This document shows positions 48,967 through 64,000 of a DNA stretch of 64,000 bases, in pieces. Both the position numbers and the translations under genes were made by a program. This DNA comes from the human T2T-CHM13v2.0 reference genome, Homo sapiens, in NCBI RefSeq assembly GCF_009914755.1, contig NC_060946.1; one strand, 5' to 3'. Numbering within the stretch: the first letter of the stretch is position 1; each line of letters starts with the position of its first letter. The notes under the pieces are model-generated. The model saw only the letters and a list, made by a program, of their open reading frames with translations, made no database searches and was not told the origin of the DNA.

Positions 48967-50382
48967 ACTCTTGGAGCCAGTTGTTCAGCCATTCTCAACC
49001 ACTTATTCAATGATGTTTTGGGCCATATATGCAGATATGCTGTTCCCTTTTCCTTGAAATGGCCCTTACCCTCCTTTCTGTTGGGTTTTCCTATGGAATA
49101 TCCAGTCAGCCTTTAGGATTCATCTTGGGTGTCCCTTCCTGTATGTAGGCTCCCTGGCCCTCCAGGATTCCCCCAGTAACAGCCCTCATCACGCTGCCTT
49201 TGCAACCATTTGTTTATTTGTACCTCTCACCTGCTAGTTGGGCAAGTTACTCACTTCTCTCAACCTCTGCATTTTTCTTCTTTATAAATGGGACCAATAA
49301 TACCTACCCTGCCCTGGCGTGGATAGATTAAAGAAAAAAAATACATGCAGCTGCCATTGAGGGCCTGGCCCACGTGTGATGTTCAATAATATTATTTCTC
49401 CTTGTTTTCCTTCCCGTGCCAGTGCCACACCCCCCTGTCCCAGTGCACTGGGGCTGTGGATCCCTTCAAAGCTGAGATTGCCTGTCTGTGGTCTCCAGCG
49501 TTAAGCACAGTCATTAGCTCAGGTGCGTACTCATGTGTTCCACGAGTTCAAGCCTCAGCCCTGTAAAGTTTGCCTGCCGTGTATCTGATATATTTCTGCT
49601 AAAACCCATTAGGCCTTTCTTGCTCTGAAATGTCATCGTTAGTTGTGTGTCACTTCAGTTTTGTAACTGGCCAGGCCACTGCGCCCAGGCTGCTTCCTCG
49701 TCATCTGGCTGCTAAATGCTTCAACCTTACCTGCCTTGCTATGCGTCCCATCCTGTATCAGGTCAGAGCTCTTGAGTGGTGAATACAAATTTCATTTCAG
49801 TTGACTTTTGATTCTTGTGGCAGGCCTCTCGGCCTACTCTAATTTGATTGCAACGGACACAAAATGTGTCCAAACTTGCAGCTTTTCTTCTCTTATTTTG
49901 ATATCACCATCCACAAAGGTAAGATATTTTAAAGCAATAACTACAAACTTTCTGAAAATTATGAAGAAGTGCTGGGTTTTAAATGGAAGTCATATAGTGT
50001 GAACTTTGTGTAAAGTCCGTAGGGAGTTTTCTTGGAAATGGCTGGGAACATTCTTTTTGCACCTTTGAAGATAAAGGTAGGTGGAGGAGCTCACAGCTCT
50101 TGTGCCATGTTGGGCTTGTCACTCTTGTTTATGTGCCAAATTCTTTTGATTACAAAATTTTAAGTTTAATGCTTTAGGTATTGTTGGGCAAGATCTAGAT
50201 GTATCTAGTTAAATGTAGGTGATATGCAAACTATTTATGATGTATTTGATTTAAATTCATTAAGATAGAGTGTCTTTACCACCATTATAGTCTGGTCCTT
50301 TTCCTTCTGTTTTAAATGTGTTTCCATTGGCATTTTCTAAACTGACTTTGTTAGCGTGTTAATCATTTGGCACTGGTAATGA

Positions 50383-52785
<2,403 letters not shown>

Positions 52786-53359
52786 TAGACATTGAACACC
52801 TGCTACACAGCAGGGATTGTGCTAGAAGTATGGATGCAAAGATTAGGTGAATATGTTCCCTAGCCTCACAAAGCATACAGTCTAGTAGGAGAGACAGACA
52901 CGTAAAAAGTTTCAACAGCACAGATAATCAGGGCTACACCAGAATTGGGCCCAAGATGCTGCAGGAATCTATAGGTGAATGGGTTTCATGAAGGAAGAGC
53001 TTCTTCTCCCATTTATAACTCATTTTAGCCTAATCTTCCAAACAGTCACGCATCTAAGAGCAGGTGATGCAGAAAATACCCTCGTGTTAGTTATGAATTA
53101 CCGTTGGAATCCTTCCAGTGTTTGCACCTGCCCTGTGCTCGGGTAACATAAAACAGTGATATAATTTGATGTCTACTTCCTCTTGTATTTGTCTGTTTTT
53201 AAGTGTTCTACAATTTTCATATACTCTGTTTCATCGTTCTCAAAGGAATATTTTGATTGATAAATGTTTAGTTAGTAAGACCTAAAAACTGAATCTCAGT
53301 AGTTTGAGCTTATGATATACAAGATGCAGCTCTAACATTTAAATTGGAAGGGAAATGTC

Positions 53360-54310
<951 letters not shown>

Positions 54311-55261
54311 AATAAATTGTAAGGGAAAGAAAATTATGAATTTAGAAATGTAAAAGGTCTCAGGTAAGGAAGGAATGAGAGGATCATGCAGAACCTCCCA
54401 TCATTGCTGGGACTGGAACAGAAGCCCTACCTTTTCCCAACACCCTATCCACCTGTCCCTCACCTCTCAGCTTTTGTGAGACTCTGTCTGTGCTATGAAA
54501 CTGAAGATCTAATTCAGTGCTGTTTGCATTGTCTTGCCTCCTGGACCAGAGGTTGCAGTTGTTGAGAAAAGGGATGGTTGGTTATGCCTTGATCCCCCCC
54601 AGAGCATTTGGGGCATAGGACACGGGAACTGGCCAGCCTGGTTCACTCTTCTCGATTAGCTGGACAGCGGCATGTCATGTGGGTAATAGGAAGGGGTGGG
54701 GACTTCCCCGGGATATTCTGCTCCTGATCAGAAGCGCCAGTGATGTGGGGGGAGCCCCAGCACCAGAGCATGCTGGGAGGGCGTGCAGGGTGGGGCAGGT
54801 GCCCGTTTGGCCTCTGCTGTCTATCTGGGGGATGCATCCAAAGGCAACTGTTCCTTATCTGCTCTTGTTGGGAGCAAGGAAGGGCCAATTTGTTCAATGA
54901 TCCGTATACAGCCAGTCCCTCTGGCCAGAGTTCAAGACAGTATTGCCTCACTCTATATAGAGATTGTATCTTGGTTAGCTCTTCATTCATAGCAAGACCA
55001 ATGTTTCTGTAAATTAATCCTGGTATTGTTTAAAAGCAACTAAAAATGATGAAATTGTAAAACTTTGAAACTCCCTGAATATAACGACAAGCAAACTAAC
55101 ATTGTTTTATTGGTCGATGCTCCTGGCCAGAAGAGAGAATATTAGCAGGGATAAAAGGCATAGGCCACATGCATTTTCCACCCCAGTGCTGAGAACACGA
55201 TGGGCGAAAAAGGGAGGTGGCCACAGCCCATCCATCACACAGTCTCTGCCCATCTACTTGC

Positions 55262-55902
<641 letters not shown>

Positions 55903-57129
55903 CCAGCTACTTGCTTTCTATTGGGATGAACCTCATGGTTAATACAGTTAGTTAGTGACTGCAACTTTTGAACTTTTTGTTCATAGTGAAAAATATTTTA
56001 AGTAATGCTTACCCCATTATGTTTCTTGTCATTTGAAAAAAAATCTCCCTTCAGACAGAATGCAGAATAAAATACTACAGAAAATCTGTACAGAGTCCCA
56101 GCCTGACTTATGCTAGTAGGTTACAGAGAAAGAAAGTCTTCTAAACCCTATGAAAGGTTAACAGTTCTCTTATTTTTCCCTGTGTGCTATTTGATGATTT
56201 CCCTGTGAACTTTGATGATTTATTGCCAGAATTCCAAACATAATATGTGAATTTCACAAAAATGGATGAAATGTATCTATTTTTCATTGGTAGAAGAAGC
56301 CAAAACATCCCTTCCTCACCGCACTAAAAGCTGTTGTTTACATGAAGCAAACCTCAAATGTGAACATATTTTTACGCAAATGCATTTAATGGGTGAATAT
56401 TTGCTTTGGGACGGTATTCTTTACTCTATCTGGAGAGTCTGGCGTTCCGTAATCACCATGTGATGACGGCTGCCCTGACAGTGGCTGGTAGCAGCACATA
56501 CCCCCGAGCCTCTCCGTGGTGTGCGCCGTGGGCACCATGTGACCATTTTCAGAAAGGAAGACAGTTCTGGAAGCTAAAGGTCACCTAGTCAGCCTCGTTG
56601 GGTGATTGATGACTCAGCTGGGTTCAGGGAGGTGGACCCGAGGCAGAGCCTCTAGAAGGCAGCGGTGGGCAGGGCGGTTCAGGCAGGTGGCACCTGGGCA
56701 AAGGTGCAGACGTGGAATCCTGAAAGCAATTCTCAGCGCTGCTGCGTTTCCAGGAGGTAGAAGAACAGTGACAAGTGCACAGTCGGGTAGGGACAAATGT
56801 GGAAGGGCTGGGAACAGTGTGTTCAGGAGACTGGGCTTCAATCTGGAGGTCTCAGGAAGTGGTTTAGGATGTTTCAGCGAGAGCATGATACAGACTAACC
56901 CAGGAAGAACCGCTGCTTTGTCACTTATACCCCTATGGAAATGCCGTTCGCTTTGCTAGTTGAAATAGCCTACCATTGTCTGGGACTCACCCAGTTAGAT
57001 TTGTTTGGACTCCACAAAGTATTCTTGACCATACAATCATGGTCGAGGACCCCCTACATGAGCTGCCTTCATGGCTACAGGGAGAGCACACCAAAGTGGA
57101 TGTCACACCCAGCACACATGCCACCGGCT

Positions 57130-58049
<920 letters not shown>

Positions 58050-58319
58050 CAGGGATCTGTTTTTGTCTCCGCTGTGTCCCCAGCACCTCAAACATATTGT
58101 ACGGAGCTGCGACAGCTGCGCAGTCAGTGATGACTGAGAGATTCCTGGCCCCGTGGGCTATGGCTCCTTCAACAGTTTGTTGTTTAAAGGTTCTTCACTT
58201 TCTCAGCGTGCTGATCAAGAGACAAGCCTGGAGGAGAGGCTCAGTGGTGCTCCTGTGTAGATGATGAATTCAGGTGTATCTTGGATGGTAAATGACGTTG
58301 CATTTAAAACCAAGCAAGT

Positions 58320-58990
<671 letters not shown>

Positions 58991-59041
58991 AGTGAACGTT
59001 GTTATACGTCAGTCTTACCAATTGTTCCTCTTTCCTCCCAG

Positions 59042-59658
<617 letters not shown>

Positions 59659-60050
59659 GAAAACTGTTCTCTTTAGCTGGAAAAGAAGTCACACTTTTTT
59701 GCAAAGAAAGCTTCAGACGTGGTAAAGCATGACCTCCAGTGCCCCTGGGCCCTGGAAGGCGCGTGTCACGGCTCACGGTGCCCCCTCTTGTGAAAGCCAT
59801 GCACACATCAAACAGTGCTTGAGATTCAGTCACGGGGAACAGCTAAAGTACACAGACCCTAACCCCAGCAAGCCCGCGGGGGGCAGCTAGACATTTTTAA
59901 GAGGAGACGTGTGCAAGGGTCTGCATAGAGGTACTGTTGGTAAGAGGGAAGGATGGGAAACAAGCTGTACATGCGTCAAAGGGAAACAGATAAATTGGGA
60001 TGCATTTATACAGTGGTATATACTTCATAGCAATTTAAAAGAACAGACTA

Positions 60051-60722
60051 GGCTAGGCGCGGTGGCTCACGCCTATAATCCCAGCACTTTGGAAGGCCGA
60101 GGCAAGTGGATCACTTGAGGTCAGGAGCTTGAGACCAGCCTGACCAACATGGTGAGGCCCCATCTATACAAAAAAAATTTAAAATTAAAAAAAATTAGCC
60201 AGGCATGGTGGTGCATGCATGTGGTCCTAGCTACTCAGGATGCTGAGGGAGGAGGACCACTTGAGCCCAGGAGCTCGAGGCTGCCATGAGCTATGACTGC
60301 CACTGCACTCCAGCCTGGGTGACAGTGAGACCCTGTCTTTAAAAAAAAATTTTTTTAAGCAACATTGAATGAAAATAAACAAGCTTAATGAATATTTTTA
60401 TGATCCAATTAATGTAAAATCTTTTATTTTTTATTTTTTGAGACAGAGTTTTGCTCTTGTTGCCCAGGCTGGAGTGCAGTGGTATGATCTCAGCCCACTA
60501 CAACGTCCATCTTCCGAGCTCAAGCAGTTCTCCTGCCTCAGCCTCCCTAGTAGCTAGGATTACAGGCACCCGTCACCATGCCGGGCTAATTTTTGTATTT
60601 TTAGTAGAGATGGGGTTTCACCGTGTTGGCCAGGCTGGTCTCAAACTCCTGACGTCAGGTGGTCCGCCTGCCTCAGCCTCCCAAAGTGCAGGGATCACAG
60701 GCATGAGCCACTGCACCCGGCC
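60051..60722. mobile_element. AluJ-like sense (60051-60348) and antisense AluS (60422-60722)
   Basis: Alu motifs. Confidence 0.88.
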
Positions 60723-60945
60723 CAATTAAAATCTTTAACACTAAACAATCTAGTACATCACTGGTGGAAACAGACATACACCTATTGCAAAGGGCATCTC
60801 AGCTTTAAGGACTCAGTCACCTCCTGAGCAAGATGGAGGGAGAACTGGGGAGGGGTCCCATGGGGACTGTAATTCTCTCTAGGTTGTATATTTTTAAAAG
60901 ACTTCAGCAGTGTGATAAACCTGGGTGGTGTGTACATGGGTATTA

Positions 60946-61842
<897 letters not shown>

Positions 61843-63155
61843 AGTAAGTAACCTGCCACGGTTCATACAGCCAGAAAGACACAGAGCCGGGCCTGGACCC
61901 CGCCTCTCAGCTTGCTCTAGAGGGCTATTCTCTGCATGCTGGCATGATCGCGCCTTGTAAAAGGTGGCAGTGTTCTCAGCTTAGTCAATCAGGAATTGCA
62001 AGAGGCAAGTGAGCCCCTGAGGACTCTGGGGGGCCTTTGTGACCGAGCAGCTTTGGGAGTGACCCTGACAGACCTTTACAGGTGGTGCAAGTTTTGACTC
62101 CCTTTCTCCTGGCGCGTTAAGCAGAGGATAAGCGCTGTGGAAGGAGTGAAGGTGTAGGGAGATCATGGCCCCCAGAGCAGTGGGGAAGGGGACAGGGAGG
62201 CTGGAGGAGAGCAAGGAAAAGGCTCCGTGTCAGGTGGCGCCTTGAGTGGCCTGGGTAGGTTGTCTTGCAGTGAACCCGGGTTAATGGCCTTGACAATGAC
62301 CGCATTGTTTCCTGAGCACTGCAGGCTGCCCACACACCTCACACCTCGGCTTGCCTAAGCCCAGAGCAGCCTTGTGAGGTCGTTGTTATGTTTATTTAAG
62401 GAAGGAGGAAAGGAGGCAGGTCCCAGGACATCCTGACGTGCTGGAGATCACCAGCCCAGAACCCAGCTCTTAACCCCACAATGTGGGACCTTTCTTCACC
62501 CATCACAGACACACCCCATGCTGGTTCACCGTTTTCCTATAATGACTATTTGTGCTATTTATTAGAAAAATCTTTTCCTTATGGATTTGAAAAGATTTAT
62601 CTTGCTTTTGTTTTTCTTTTTTGCCTTTCTTTTTTAAGGCAGGCAGGCTCCCGCAGCCCCACCCCCAGGGTGAAAAATATAGTTCATTGTCTAGTAAAAG
62701 AGTTCAGAGATACACTTTTTTCTTTGGGTAAGATATACTCTAGAGCTTGTTCTGAAATATGGAATTTGTGTGAGCTGCGGGAGTGGGTGGGTGTGTGGCT
62801 CTAGCTCTGGAAAGTTCTTTCCTGGCAGTGGCCAGGAGGGCTGCCCAGCCCCCTCCTGCCTCCTCTGGCAGCTTAAACACAGGACCCCTTATTCTGTGCT
62901 CTCTCCTGACCCCTGGTCCTCATGCAGGAGGGAACCCTGCTCTTCTAGGGTCCTTTTCTAAAAGTAGTGTCTTTTAGGTCATTGTCAAGAACTATAATCT
63001 AAAATGTATTTTTAACTCATCTGGAAATTCTGACAGAGGTAAGGCTTGAGAATTTCCTGCATACTAGCCTTGTGGTCTATATAATCCATTAAAAGCCACA
63101 TTTAACCCAATTCCACAGACTGAACTGTGCTTCCCATCTAAATAAATTAAAAGCA

Positions 63156-63585
63156 GGCCGGGCACGGTGGTCACGTGTGTAATCCCAGCACTTTGGGAGG
63201 TCGAGGCGGGTGGATCACCTGAGGTCAGGAGTTCGAGACCAACCTGGCCAACATGGTGGAACCTCATCTCTACTAAAAATAAAAAAAATTAGCTGGGCGT
63301 GGAGGCGTGCACCTCTTAAGCTTAAGGACATATTTCTTATGATCCAATTAATGTAAAATATTTTATTTTTTATTTATTTTTTGAGACAGAGTTTCACTCT
63401 TGCTGCCCAGGCTGGAGTGCAGTGGTGCGATCTTGGCCTGTAATCCCGGCTACTCAGGAGGCTGAGGCAGGACAGTCGCTTGAATCCAGGAGGCGGAGGT
63501 TGCAGTGAGCCAAGATCACACCACTGCACTCCAGCCTGGGCAACAGAGTGAGACTCTGTCTTTAAATAAATAAATAAATAAATAA
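63156..63585 (+). mobile_element. Sense AluS interrupted by a ~120-bp foreign insert (63315-63436)
   Basis: Alu breaks at gcacct and resumes cctgtaatccc. Confidence 0.85.
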
Positions 63586-64000
63586 ATAGCGAGGGTTCAG
63601 GGCAGGAGAAAAAGGGTTCCAAATTTGTTCTGAACCAATTCCAAGGAACTTTATGGCACAAAGAAAAAAAAGGGGAACTTACAAAAAGTGACCACACTGA
63701 AGCGTCCTGGTCACCCATCCCTGGTTTTGACCACCAGCCTTTAAAGTGGCAAGCGGGTGATAACCCATTTCTTATTTCCCCCTCAGCATTTCCTCACTGT
63801 TATTCATACATGTGGTCATTTGTACTCATCTCACAATTGTTAAAACCTCTTTCCTCCCTTCCAGGTTTTACTGAACTGTTACTGCGAAGTCTGAGAGATG
63901 AGGTCATTTAAGATTATTTCTTATTTGTAAATTAGATCGTTCATATTTGTACCTAATCTGATCTTTTGGGTAATATTCCTAGTTATGTAGACTGGTCTCT

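Overview
Primate (almost certainly human) genomic DNA covering the 5' half of PPARA (peroxisome proliferator-activated receptor alpha, NR1C1; chr22q13.31) on the + strand. It contains about 10 kb of upstream DNA and a CpG-island promoter (~10.2-12.3 kb). There are three non-coding leader exons (ending 11351; 12587-12669; 37447-37530) and the first coding exon (59042-59291, ATG at 59084, encoding [22 protein letters not shown]...). The rest is intron, dense in Alus, old L1/L2/MIR fragments, MaLR LTRs, Tigger-type elements and a truncated gamma-like ERV with a perfect tRNA-Pro primer-binding site. No CRISPR or other prokaryotic system is present, and almost all listed ORFs are Alu, GC-rich or microsatellite artefacts. 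The most interesting observations are: (1) a TE-chimeric 5'UTR exon that carries an AUG-UGA start-stop element; (2) inverted AluYs tightly clamping the start-codon exon, with circRNA or skipping potential; (3) a duplicated 'leader + 33-bp minisatellite'; (4) an ERV fragment nested inside a split Alu inside an L1; (5) several local templated insertions or duplications; (6) a MIR-derived ERR site and a G4/G-run array at the promoter. Repeat boundaries and subfamilies were assigned by eye and are approximate.
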